Shown here piece by piece: positions 12,861 to 24,613 of a stretch of DNA of 64,000 nucleotides; the stretch's first letter is position 1; each line of letters starts with the position of its first letter. The DNA comes from Eledone cirrhosa (lineage: Eukaryota). The stretch is taken from the NCBI GenBank assembly GCA_964016885.1, contig OZ024743.1, forward strand, positions 105,152,001-105,216,000, given 5' to 3'. The notes below the pieces were generated by a model. The model ran no database searches. It was not told the origin of the DNA and was given only the letters and a program-made list of their open reading frames with translations. The position numbers and the translations under genes are program-made.

Positions 12861-13699
12861 CATAGGTGATGGTGGCAAAATAGTGGTTAATTCTATAGCC
12901 AAAGTCTTTATGGAAAATATAATGGAGACAGAATTCTTGTACTGGCCGAAAACAACATATATACATACATAAATATACTAATATCAATATCTACACGGAG
13001 TCATTTATCTTACTGATTAACGTATGTGTTCCCTCAGTGGAATGGGTTTTATTTCTAACGTACAAACCATATTATATCCTTGAGTGAGTAAGAGACGGCC
13101 AAACCTGTACCAATACTTTGCGACTAGCTTCGTAAACTAATATTTATATAATCTCCCAGGCGACAAACCTGCATTTGAATTGTAAGTTGAAACTTTTTAT
13201 TTATTTTAGGTTTTATTTATAATTTGCAATTCTGTCTTTGTTCTCTATGTAGATACCTTGGCTGAGTGCTTTGGCTTATATTCAATCTGTGTATATCCCT
13301 CCAGCATGTTCCCGAACATTGGTCAGGTTTGGCCAAGCTCCTCATTGGGAAGCGGTCATGTGTCACTACATATCTAGGACTGTAATGACGGCAACTGCAC
13401 ATGTACGAGTGGTTTAAACAAACTTTTCCATTCTTGGGAGGCGAATACTCGCAGACGAAGTGCTTTCGGCGCTAAATTACGTAATGTCTGCTGATATAAC
13501 CTAACTACTGTGAATAGTGGTTCAAGTTTGAACAATTGTTGACGGACTGGAACAGAGAAACTGATGGATCAGTCCGGGTATATTTTGTATACTAATATCA
13601 ATACTCACACATAGACGTTTATCTTACTGATTAACGTATGTGCGCTTGCTAAGTAATGAGTTCGTCTTTTTAATGTACAAATCGTATATATATATATAT

Positions 13700-14575
13700 A
13701 TATTTATACTTTGGGAGTGTCATGCTGTCAATAAGAACACACGCACCTTTTAGTTGGTTGGTTGGATAACCAGATGGTTGTTGATATATTGTCAAACCTC
13801 CTTCGTCACACATGGTGACCTCCTCAGTGACTGGGTTTTCATTTTGGTGTCTCTCCTTTGTTCTGTCCTACACCATCTTGTTTGTGTGTGTTGTGCGTTG
13901 TGTGCTTAGTTTGCGCATGCGTTACATCCGTGTATGTGTATGTGTGTGTGTGTGTTTATTTATCTATTTATGTGTTTATTTACTTGTCACTAGTTGGTTG
14001 TTTGTTCTATCTGTGTGTGTCTGATTTGTTTTGTTAGTTTGGTTTTTGTGTATGTCAGTGTCTTCATTTTGTCCTTTATTAACAGTTGTAATGTTGCTAT
14101 TCCACTCATGTTTTCTGTTTAATTTTGGTTGGAGTTCGTTTATGTTTATCGCCTCTGTGACTTGTCTGAGAATTGCATCTTTTCTGTGTGTGGATATAAT
14201 TTTTATCTTTATGTTCTCTAATGTGCCCCTATGTTCTATTTTGGCATGTTGGTGGAGTACTGATGAGTTTTTCCAACCCTGGAGTTATCGTCAGTGTTCA
14301 TTTATCCTTTCTCCTATGCTATGGCTGTTTCACCTATGTATGTTATGTTCTAATTCCTACACCGTCCCGCAGTACATCTTATTCTAACATGTTATCTTGA
14401 GACTTTGTATATTGAACACATGCAGCTGGTAGGTCTGTGGGTTTGGGTTTTGATTTTGTTTTAGTCTTGAAGAAGATTAAGATGTTTTTATCCTCGTATA
14501 TTCGTTTATGTGTTATATTGGTCTCATTTTAGTAACATATTTTTGCATATACATTGTCGGTATGTATGTATGGGT
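13700..14575 (-). pseudogene. PLE GIY-YIG endonuclease remnant with pLTR and a decayed HHR (13791-13831)
   Basis: Minus strand SIGERINEH..NSSVLHQHAKIEH with stops. HHR-like gtca CTGAGGA ggtcac catgt gtgac GAAG gagg TT tgac. Tail matches 51511-51696. Confidence 0.7.
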
Positions 14576-14771
14576 TAGTGATACTTTATGGGATCGTAGG
14601 GGTGCTGTAGTAACATATAGCATTTTTGAGCGTTTTTAGCGTGGTGGAATCCATCCAGTTTCCAGGTTTGAACACAGTAGACTTCTACGAAAGGTGATAG
14701 AGAGAGGGAGTGAAAGAGATGAAGTAAGAGGAATGAAGTGAGAAAGAGATACAGAAGAAGAATCGGCCTCA

Positions 14772-14920
14772 ATTCCAGAGTGGTGCTTTTTTATCGATTT
14801 CAAAAGAATAAATGGCCAAGTTCACCTTATAAGGATGAGAATTCCGAAAACGTAGAGAGCCGAAACGAATGCCGCAAAGATTTCTATCCGGCGTTCTAAC
14901 GACTCAGCCAATTCGCTGAG
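14772..14920 (-). mobile_element. SINE family 1, diverged
   Basis: Reverse complement cagcgaattggctgagtcgttagaacgccggatagaaat..aatcgataaaaaagcaccac. Confidence 0.65.
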
Positions 14921-15689
14921 TATACTCTTTAGATAGATGTTATGTATTTCTGACAGACCTTTTTGGAACGTTATATATTCCAGCGGCTATTACTTGAGTT
15001 GTTATTCTCTCACAGATTATTGTTGCACCTGTTGGTTTAGGGATTCGCCCTCAGCCGTCCATATTTTCTTGATACTGTTCTGCAATAATCTTCTACGTCT
15101 CTAGCTATTGACACTACTTTGCTTACCGGTTTGCTTTTGCCTAATTAGCAGTAAAATCATTTCGGGTTGGGCACGAACAGTTTGTTTTGATGCTTAGCGA
15201 TTTTGCGAGGTTCTTTTGTTGATTACTAATGTTTCTTGTTATTTTTGTTATATTTCAGTGATAGTATCTATCTTTTACTATGTGCCCTTAATAGTCAATT
15301 ACATAAAGGATTGCGACGTATTTTATTTAGTTTTATAACTCTGCATGTTTGTTTCCTAAATTGTTTCCTTGGGGTTAATCGTTCCTATATAAGCAGCTTA
15401 GAGAGAGCAGCCTCTTTCTCTTACTGTGATCTGATGTTGTTCCTATAAGCAACTTCTCTCTCTTGTGACTACTGTGATCTGATTTCGTTCCTGTATGTGA
15501 AGCTTAAAGAGAGCAGCCTCTATCTCTTGTGAATACTGCTATATGTTGCAAAGATTAGTTCATTTCTTTTATTTATATTTATGTTTGCCTTACTACGGAT
15601 AACAATATCAAAACAACGTCAAAAATAACAAGTTAAAACATAATAAGAATAATAAACAAAAAAAGGTCTAGCTGGTCCCGTAGAAATTC

Positions 15690-15795
15690 CACCACCGCCG
15701 CCGTACCGCCGCACCACCACTGCCGCCGCACCGCCGCACCACCACTGCCGCAAACACCGCCGCCTCCGCCAGCAGCAGCAGCAACAGCGCCACCT

Positions 15796-15857
<62 letters not shown>

Positions 15858-15867
15858 GCTGCTGTTG

Positions 15868-15926
<59 letters not shown>

Positions 15927-15957
15927 GCTACTACTGCCGCCGCGGCCGCCGCTGCTG

Positions 15958-16018
<61 letters not shown>

Positions 16019-16035
16019 AGCTGCTGCTGCTGTAG
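15690..16035. repeat. Compound trinucleotide microsatellite (CCG/CAG/CTA/CTG)
   Basis: Long (CTA)n runs interleaved with ccg/ctg. Confidence 0.95.
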
Positions 16036-16879
16036 TCGTTTCTGTTGGCAGTGGCACTACAATTTCGAGCAAGCCAACTAAGAATCAGATAATTTTCGTA
16101 AAAAAGAGATAATGATATTGTTGTAATTCTGCTTAAAACATTAAAATGTAGGTTAAATTCTATTTGACACTTAATCTCTAGGGAATATTTTTACTTCAAA
16201 CGGGAAATGATGGCTGTTTAATAAGCCTTAGGCTTATATTTTAAAAAATCTCTGTCTCAAAGTGTTTCTAAATTTGTCAATAACCTACTGCAGACATTTA
16301 ATTGTAAAAAAACAAACAAACAAAAAGCTATAATGTGGAAAAGTAGATAAATCTGAGAATGTAGTCTCTTATGGTGTATTATTTTATATTATATTTTATT
16401 GAAAAGGAACCATCAATTTCTGATGAAGCTACGGATTAGTGTTGAGCGAAGAGACATATAATCACAACCATACTTCCTTTTATTACATGGCATAATTTAT
16501 GTAGGAAACGATATGATTTCACGCAGCCTGTCTCTTCTATGACATTAGGTTTTGTCATGAAGAAGATTTATTTTAGCAAGTAAAGCGATCAGGTAGAGAT
16601 GCTTGCTATTCTGGGTTATATTAACTGATTCAAATTAATATGAATTTCCATTAAATAGAAACGAACTAAAAAGATTAACATGTTAAACAAATATATATAT
16701 ATGGACCCGTAACTCCTACTGGATTCGGAAGAGCACTAAGCAACAGTTTGTCTTGGGAATTTTAAACCTGGCAGAACTCAACCCTCTCTAGGCCGGAATC
16801 CCGATTTCTTAAAGAGAGAGAGAGAGAGAGAGAGAATTTGTGCCAGTTGTACAGAGCAAGTGAGAGATATTTAGAGGAA

Positions 16880-17035
16880 GTATAGACACCTGTACTGGAC
16901 TGGAACCTTTTTATCGACCTCCAAATGCTGAAAGACAAACATGACATTGGCGGGAATTGAACTTAGAACGTTCAAAGTTGTAACGAATACCGTAAATATT
17001 CCGCCCTCCATTCTTATGACTTTGGCAACACGCCA
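16880..17035 (-). mobile_element. SINE family 1, diverged
   Basis: ttttatcgacctccaaatgctgaaagac..ggcgggaattgaacttagaacg. Confidence 0.65.
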
Positions 17036-17104
17036 CTTCTCTAAACAAATATAAACAACTGCAAAACGAAGCAATCACAAATTAATTTTTCATTTGCTAT
17101 TGAA

Positions 17105-18310
17105 AGGGTATAAGCGCGTCATGGACGGGTTCGTTTGATCGCATTTCCATGAAGTTTATCTCGAACCGACAGCGGACCCCCGATAGCACTGCCAAGTGAA
17201 GGGTGTCTAGAAGTTGTCCATATTCCCTGGCTTGAAAGTCCTCCGGAACAGACTGGTCAGTTCGATTCCATCGACGCCCAGAGGCTATCCAAAAACGCCG
17301 TCGCAGTTTCGCACCACTAGTCTCCTATAGAACTTTAGGGTGGAATTTCCACTGAACGCATTGTCCGACTGATAGTGTGGAATAAACGCTTCGCAACATT
17401 AGAGATGGCAGGCGCTCAGTCTCGGTCTTTGCTTGACTCATGACTGCATCTCAGTCAAAGAGTCGAGCTGCGGAAAGACTTGTCTCACAAACGCCGAAGA
17501 CAACTGTTCACCGTTTAAGAATATCTGGAGATACCGTAGCTTCAGGGCATGTTTGCGAATCACCAGTCATGGCATGCTCTGCTCTCCGCGTAGATGGTGT
17601 TGGTAGCATATGGACCGCCTCACCAATGGAACCTGTCACTTCCACAAGATGTTCAAGAACGGGCGTTCCAATTTGGCGAGGTGTGAACAGGGGTAAGACA
17701 CGAAGTTCAATAGTTAATTGATGACGGGCGCTATATATGTGTTCGCCACCACCACCACTCGATCTTTCAAGGATAGCTTTCTCTTGGCCAAATTTTGTGT
17801 GAGAGTGGCCACCCCACTCATTACCGCGTTCCAGTTCTTATCCACCTGGAGGTCAGGCTCAAAGCAACTTCACTGGTCTATCGCTCCAGCACCCGACGAC
17901 CACGTTCCAGGCTGACAAGGTTCTCATTGTCGTCCATTGTCGTCCAAAATGTGGGCTAGTTTGCGTGTCTCGGAAATTCTGGTCTCTCTGACGTCTGGTT
18001 TGATGTGAAGCAGTATCTCCACACTAATCCAAGGCCTGTTCTCTCTTTGTGTTTGTTTTACCCCGCAAGAGGGTATTACTTCTCTCTCAATTGATGCAGG
18101 CCAATACCAACCAGATGTTTTACTTCTGGTGGTAATTCCTGAAATTATCACCCCACCGTCCCTCTTCCGAGATAACAGGTGTACAATATATACTCCTCGC
18201 CCTGACAGGGAAACACGGTTTGTTTCACGGCCATAGCTCCACTTTTAAAGAACACAGAAATGCCTACAAACTGCCTTGACCTAGAGATGTGTTGTACATC
18301 GGGTATTATT
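17105..18310 (-). pseudogene. Degenerate Tx1/L1-type LINE ORF2 remnant, same family as 4359-5352, with rearranged APE-like pieces
   Basis: ctcggtctttgcttgac and acagactgg shared with 5150-5345. RT C-terminal-like text on the minus strand. LLHIKPDV..ETR resembles the APE start. Confidence 0.7.
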
Positions 18311-19292
18311 TATTTCAGTATTCTTTTAATTTCTGCCCGGTTTGTTGGCTCCGCTCCGCCCGTTTCGTGTTTTTGGTACGCATTTGTGGGTGACAGTCTT
18401 CTGCATCTTTGCCAACACCTCGTGGAGGGTGGTGGTATGGCTACGCCAGCCCAGGATTTTTCCAATGTTATCCGTTTTGATAAAGAACTGTTCGGTGCTT
18501 TTGGCAGATGTTGCTGGAAATATTTTGTGATTGGTATTGTTGCTGCTGCTGTTGTTATTGATATTATCGTTGATGTTATTGTTGTTCATTTTGTTGTCAT
18601 TTGTCGTCTGTGTTAGTTTTAATTTTGTTTTTAGTCTCAGTTGGTGTAGTTATGGTGGTGTTGATGGTGCTGGTGATGGTGTTAGTGATATTGGCTGTGT
18701 TTCCTGTCGTTTTCATGGTGGCAGCGGTGTTCACAGTGGTAAACATTGGTAGAGATGGAAATTCTATGTCTCTTGCAATTCAATTGCTGCATGAAATAAG
18801 TTTAGGTTGCTGTTTTTGTTGTTGTCGTTGTTGTTGTTACTGTTATTGTTGCTACTGGTGTTGTTGTTTTGTTCTTGGTACTGCTGCTGTTGCTGTCATT
18901 GTTTTCAGAATTTTGGCTGTTCTACTTTATTGCAAGACTGAACATCAGAAATAATAATAATTGTTTCTACATTTGGCACAAGGCTATCAATTTGAAAGAA
19001 CGGGTAAGTCGATTAAATCGACCCCAGTGCGTTACTTGTGCAAAAGCCAAATTCTTTAGAATTACATGGATATTACGTTCTCTGAACAGGGAACCAAGGA
19101 AAACCGCTGGCAGAGATATGAACTCTCCTCTCTAAATATGTATGTAAAAACTAACAATTTTTCTTTCCCTTTTTATTATTCATATAAATATGCAACTTAG
19201 CTGCACTATGCACATCCGCCGTTGAAAAAGCATATGATGCTGAACCGGTACCACTATACCACTATTAAATGCGGAAATACCCACTTTATAAA

Positions 19293-19331
<39 letters not shown>

Positions 19332-19363
19332 AGAACAAAAGATGGTTAAAAGAGTTCCATGTA

Positions 19364-19430
19364 TTTTATTATGCGCATTTCAAAAACAAATATCATCATG
19401 CAATAATATTTGTGTTTTCATCAGATAAAA
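19364..19430 (-). ncRNA. Type I hammerhead ribozyme motif (left arm of palindrome)
   Basis: Minus strand: ttttat CTGATGA aaacacaaatattattgcatgatgatatttgttttt GAAA TGCGCA TA ataaaa. Confidence 0.82.
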
Positions 19431-20014
19431 CAGGAAGACATGATATGAAGGTTAAAAAACACTTGTGGATAGTGCAGTTTTAAATCAACATATGAGAAGT
19501 AGTTTTAGATTGATGTGTGATATTGGGAAAAATATTTTATTTTGAGGGGGGGTGTGGGGGTGGGGCGGGGGGGGGTGGAAAGGATGAAAAAGAGGAGGAG
19601 ATGAGAGTAAAAAGTGGAGAGGGAGGAGTATAATGAGGAAGGATGAGATAGGAGGAGAGATGGGTGATAGAGAGAGAGAGATAGCTTTTATAACTGAGAA
19701 AGATATATTGTTTTACATAGAGAGGTTGAAAACCGTTGTTTTCAACCTCTCTATGTAAAACAATATATCTTTCTCAGTTATAAAAGCTATATCTCTCTCT
19801 CTCTATCACCCATCTCTCCTCCTATCTCATCCTTCCTCATTATACTCCTCCTTCTCCACTTTTTACTCTCATCTCCTCCTCTTTTTCACCCCCCCCCCCT
19901 CAAAATAAAATATTTTTCCCAATATCACACATCAATCTAAAACTACTTCTCATATGTTGGTTTAAAACTGCACTATCCACAAGTGTTTTTTAACCTTCAT
20001 ATCATGTCTTCCCG

Positions 20015-20081
20015 TTTTATCTGATGAAAACACAAATATTATTGCATGATGATATTTGTTTTTGAAATGCGCATAATAAAA
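20015..20081 (+). ncRNA. Type I hammerhead ribozyme motif (right arm of palindrome)
   Basis: ttttat CTGATGA aaacacaaatattattgcatgatgatatttgttttt GAAA TGCGCA TA ataaaa. Confidence 0.82.
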
Positions 20082-20325
20082 TACATGGAACTCTTTTAAC
20101 CATCTTTTGTTCTTATATATTATGTATACTCCAGTCCTACAAACTGTAGAGTGCTTCTTATCCGATATCTGCATTGCTTTATTGTACTACAATAAAACTC
20201 ACCTCCTACATATATATATATATATATATATATATAACGAAGGAAATGTGGTAAGGAACCAGGTGGACCATAACGCACCAAAGTACTCAATACTTTGGGT
20301 AGAGTGGGTAATAGGAACAAGTAAG

Positions 20326-20419
20326 ACCCCGATGGCTAAGCTCAAGCCGTTTCGACGGCTAATTCTGGACTGAATGAAAATTTATTCTGGTATTTAAATA
20401 GCCGAGCTTATCAAGGGGT
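20326..20419 (-). ncRNA. Type I hammerhead ribozyme, U3-A8 core variant (inverted pLTR copy, AUC site)
   Basis: Minus strand: acccc TTGATAA gctcggcta..tagccgtc GAAA cggct tgagc tt agcca TC ggggt. Confidence 0.75.
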
Positions 20420-20582
20420 AATTCTATATATGGTCAAAGAGATAATCACCAGGATTGGTCACATCACAAGTTAGTAGTAAATCTGTGATGGCAAATTGGT
20501 GGGGGAAGGGGTAGCTAAACCTGCCGGTAGGAGAGAGAGGGGTGGAGTAGACCCATTCATGCGTTGGTAGTGCCGGCTACAG

Positions 20583-22606
20583 CTTAGATGGAGAACTTTT
20601 TTCTACGACAGATTTTGCGACAATCAGGACTTCGGTACCAAGGAGAGATTCGGATTTATTACCTACAAATCTCCACCCCCGAACCCTTTGCTCTCACCCT
20701 TCGAGAATAACCTCTTCCAACTGGTCAAGAACCTTAAATTCAAACCCAGACACAACCGATTCCTACAAAAACTCCGTAGCAACTTAACAGAGTATGCTAA
20801 CACCAATGACATCATGGTGCATTCGGATAAAACTGGGAACCTATACTTTGTCAACCCCGACAGATACCACACACTGATCAGGAGCAGCCTAAACTCCACC
20901 TATAAAAAGGCTAACAACTCATGCATCGAGGACATTGATCGAGATGGACAACAAATTACCTCCAGCCTCGGGGTCGCCGACCGCACCGAACCCCTAGACC
21001 CACGGTCACCCTACTTCACACTGAAGGACCACAAATCCGATTTCGACCGTAAACCATCTATCAGGCTTATAAACCCAACGAAGTCCGACATAGGGAGAAT
21101 CAGCAAAAAAATCCTAGACCGTGTGATACCAAAAGTCAAGCAACACGCCCGACTTAGCCTATGGATCAACACCCAGGAAGTTATCTCATGGTTCAGCAAT
21201 ATGGAGGATAAACGAGACACTAAATTTATCCAGTTCGACATAGAGAGCTACTATGCTTCTATCACCTTACCGCTACTTACTACCGCCTTGGACTTCGCCG
21301 AAGCACTCGTGCCCATCACCGACCAGGAAAGAAAAATCCTCCTCCACGCCAGGAAGACAGTCTTACTCTTTGACAACTCCAAATGGATAAAAAGAGCTCC
21401 CGACTCACCCTTCGACGTCAGCATGGGCGCTACGGATTCGGCGGAGGTCACAGATCTTATAGGATTATTCCTTATAGCCAAACTCACCGATATGTTTCCT
21501 GCTTTCGGTGGTGGATTGTACCGTGATGATGGCTCCTTACCCTTAAAGGGTACAACCCCAGTAGTACAGATCGGGTCCGTAAACAATTAATCAGCTTCTT
21601 CCGCGACTGGGGATTTAAAATAACCCTACAAACGTCCCTGACCCGAGGTAATTTCCTGGACGTTACTCTCGATCTCAATAATGACCTGTACTACCCATAC
21701 AGGAAACCCAATGACAACCTGCACTACATCCACCGCTGATCTAAACATCCTAGGAACATCACCAACAACCTGGTCAAAAACATCTCCCTCCGCATATCCC
21801 GTTTGTCAGCTAATGAGAAGATATTCGATGAACATGCGCCTTACTACAACCAGGCCCTCAAGCGGAGTGGCTTCCGGGAGGAAATATCCTACTGTCCAGC
21901 TCCCATTAGCGGAACCAGCAGGCGACACCGCCGCTCACGCAATGTAACATGGTTCAATCCTCCCCACAACGCGGAGGTGACAACTCCCATCGGGAAAATT
22001 TTCTTTAGGCTCATTGAAAAACACTTCCCACCACAACACCGCTACCACAACATAATTAACAAAAATACCATCAAACTCTCTTACAGCACTACACCTAACT
22101 TTGCACAAAACATCGTCTCCTCCAACAACAAAAAACTCAACCCCGATGGAAGAAACAACCAAAATAGCAGTGGAGAGCCGACCAGGAGGTGCAACTGTCC
22201 TGATAGATCCAGTTTTCCCCTCGACAACAGATGCAGAGACCGTAATGTGATCTACCAGTGCAACGTGAGCACGGACACCTCCAACAAAGCTTATATAGGA
22301 TTAACCGCATGTGACTTCAAGACCCGGCTATACCAACACAGACATACCTTCCGAAACCCGGCAAGGACAACAACATCAACTATGATCTCACTTGGAAATT
22401 ACTGTCCAGAGCCAACTCTTACACGGGAGGACGCCGTCGTGCAATTTATGCTCGGGGAAACTTTACAAATGCTGTTTTCGACGGACCAACTCCTAAACAA
22501 GAAAGATGAACTGGTTACTGCATGTAAACACCGATTACGTAGGACTTACCTCGCCCTCAAACCCCATAATGACCCGGGGGGGGGGGGGGGTAGACTAGGG
22601 CTATAA
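20583..22606 (+). pseudogene. Naiad-clade PLE RT/GIY-YIG ORF, disrupted
   Basis: LRWRTFF..FENNL, SDKTGNLY, TLKDHKSDF..RLINPTKSDIG, FDIESYY, FDVSMGATDSAE, LYRDDG, NFLDVTLDL, WFNPP, CNC..PL..C, YIGLT..FKTR..H, LLNKKDEL..CKH. Frameshift ~21534, in-frame TGA 21737, deletion ~22365. Confidence 0.9.
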
Positions 22607-23335
22607 CACCCCACTTGCCTATTTTGTAAGGGGTAACCCCTGCTTGCCAATGGAGACGTAAGATTTTCTTTTACATTCTTTTATCGCTTCCTCTATATTT
22701 CCTCCTTCCCCCATCCCCCCTAGTCCTTCTACCCTAGTTCCCTTTCTTTGTCGTCGTCTTTTTCTCGCCCACCCGAGATAGCACCTCGGTCCCTTGTAGC
22801 TTCAGCACCCCCCTCCCCTATTCTATGATAGATTTGGCTGACTCCGCTTTTTATAGCAGAGGTGTTAGACTTCGGATACTTGCCCCCTTCTCCGACCGCT
22901 GTCCCTTTTTTCCGCGCCTTCTATATTTCTTAGTGGCATCTTTGCTTTAATTTCTCGTTTATCCAGTATTTCTTTCCTCTTTTTCCCTTTTTTGGGGGGC
23001 GGGGGGTGGGGGTGGGGGTGGGTGGCGGTGGTTTGGGGGTGTTTCTGTATTAATTTTCCGTTCTTTACTTTTACTTCGTACGATCTTTCATGTAGCTTGT
23101 ATAAAACTTTTTGTTTCGTGGCGGTACCCTTAGAGTAAGCACGAGTATTTTTTTGCGGGACCCTGAATTATATTCTCGTACTAGTTTACTTTCTTGCTCT
23201 GGGTGGTTGCTGGCCCTGTGATTGGGGTAGAAAGCTTTATTATTTCGTTACGATACACGCACTTATACCTCGTATAAGGGTCCCATTATTTCCGTCCCAC
23301 CTAGTTTATTTTTATTTATTTTTTTATTCTTCATT

Positions 23336-24135
23336 ATATATATATATATAAAAACGAACTTAAATTTCGTTTCGCTTCTAACTCACTTTTGTATGACTGA
23401 CGCTTAAACAATTAAGTTAAAGTGTACATCTACATATGTATACGGAAGTATTAGTGTGCATATAAATACACACATGTATCCATATGTACATGTACTGAGT
23501 TTTTCACTAGACACTTTACAGTGAGTGTCAGCTAGTCTGTATGTAACCACACAGACGGACCGGGTTTTAGAGTCATACGAGTTTTCAAGGAAACACATTT
23601 CCTCTATTCTCCACAGGGCCAGACAGGAATATTGGACTAGTTTCGATGTTATTACATCTCATCAGCAATATTTACCCATCTTCCGGCTTCTCTGGAGAAT
23701 TGTAAAAGCACATATCGTTATATGCTTTTTCTATGAAAATTAGTAGTGGGTAGACTAATTTGCATAGAACGTGAGTCATTGTACGCACCGGTTCAGCGGA
23801 AACGATAAAAACGAATAACGAAACGAAATTAAATTTCGTTTCGCTTCTAACTCACTTTTGTATGACTGACGCTTAAACAATTAAGTTAAAGTGTACATCT
23901 ACATATGTATACGGAGAATAGAGGAAATGTGTTTCCTTGAAAACTCGTATGACTCTAAAACCCGGTCCGTCTGTGTGGTTACATACAGACTAGCTGACAC
24001 TCACTGTAAAGTATCTAGTGAAAAACTCAGTACATGTACATATGGATACATGTGTGTATTTATATGCACACTAATACTTCCGTATACATATGTAGATGTA
24101 CACTTTAACTTAATTGTTTATATATATATATATAT
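23336..24135. mobile_element. Nested, rearranged pLTR fragment of a second PLE family inside the Naiad 3' UTR
   Basis: Bounded by (TA)n. ~23405-23612 is inverted at ~23914-24120. ~23352-23445 is directly repeated at ~23821-23915. Related to 33985-34370. Confidence 0.8.
23628..23672 (-). ncRNA. Minimal type I hammerhead ribozyme, perfect consensus
   Basis: Minus strand: aatattg CTGATGA gatgt aata acatc GAAA CTAG TC caatatt. 7-bp stem I, 5-bp stem II, GUC site. Confidence 0.92.
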
Positions 24136-24520
24136 ATTTTTTTTTTATCTATTCTTTTATTCACTTATTTGTTTATTTATTTATTTATGTATTTCTTTAG
24201 CCTAGCAATAGCGAGAGACTTAAGTCTTAGTAACCAGACTTTGCTTATTTTTTTTCTCTCTCAGTACTTTTTATAGTTTTACCCTTCATTGTTCTACTTA
24301 CCGTTTCGACTTCCTCCCCCTCCCCCTCCCCAGTATCCTCTTTGACCTCACACCCAGCTGTAGCCGGCACTACCAACGCATGAATGGGTCTACCCCACCC
24401 CTCTCTCTCCTACCGGCAGGTTTAGCTACCCCTTCCCCCATCAATTTGCCATCACAGATTTACTACTAACTTGTGATGTGACCAATCCTGGTGATTATCT
24501 CTTTGACCATATATGGAATT

Positions 24521-24613
24521 ACCCCTTGATAAGCTCGGCTATTTAAATACCAGAATAAATTTCATTCAGTCCAGAATTAGCCGTCGAAACGGCTTGAACT
24601 CAGCCGTCGGGGT
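24521..24613 (+). ncRNA. Type I hammerhead ribozyme, U3-A8 core variant, GUC site (cleavage predicted after 24608)
   Basis: acccc TTGATAA gctcggcta [36-nt loop] tagccgtc GAAA cggct tgaactc agccg TC ggggt. All three stems pair. Confidence 0.82.

Larger units (their letters stand above)
19323..20209. mobile_element. Fold-back (palindromic) PLE pLTR pair, ~400-bp arms, 4-bp spacer
   Basis: 19323-19733 is the reverse complement of 19738-20122. Identical ORF translations on both strands. Flanked by (TA)n. Confidence 0.92.

Noticed and set aside
15668-16072. Poly-Val/Ala 134-aa ORF
   Set aside because: Translation of a trinucleotide microsatellite
16419-16455. ctgatgaagct..agcgaag as a hammerhead
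   Set aside because: No GAAA, no stem I/III and no PLE context
21737-21739. In-frame TGA in the Naiad ORF (YIHR*SKHP) as possible selenocysteine, since some Naiads are known to encode selenoproteins
   Set aside because: It falls at a variable non-cysteine position and is simply explained by CGA>TGA. The zinc-finger cysteines are ordinary TGC/TGT, the copy has other disabling lesions, and no SECIS was recognised. A family consensus would settle it.
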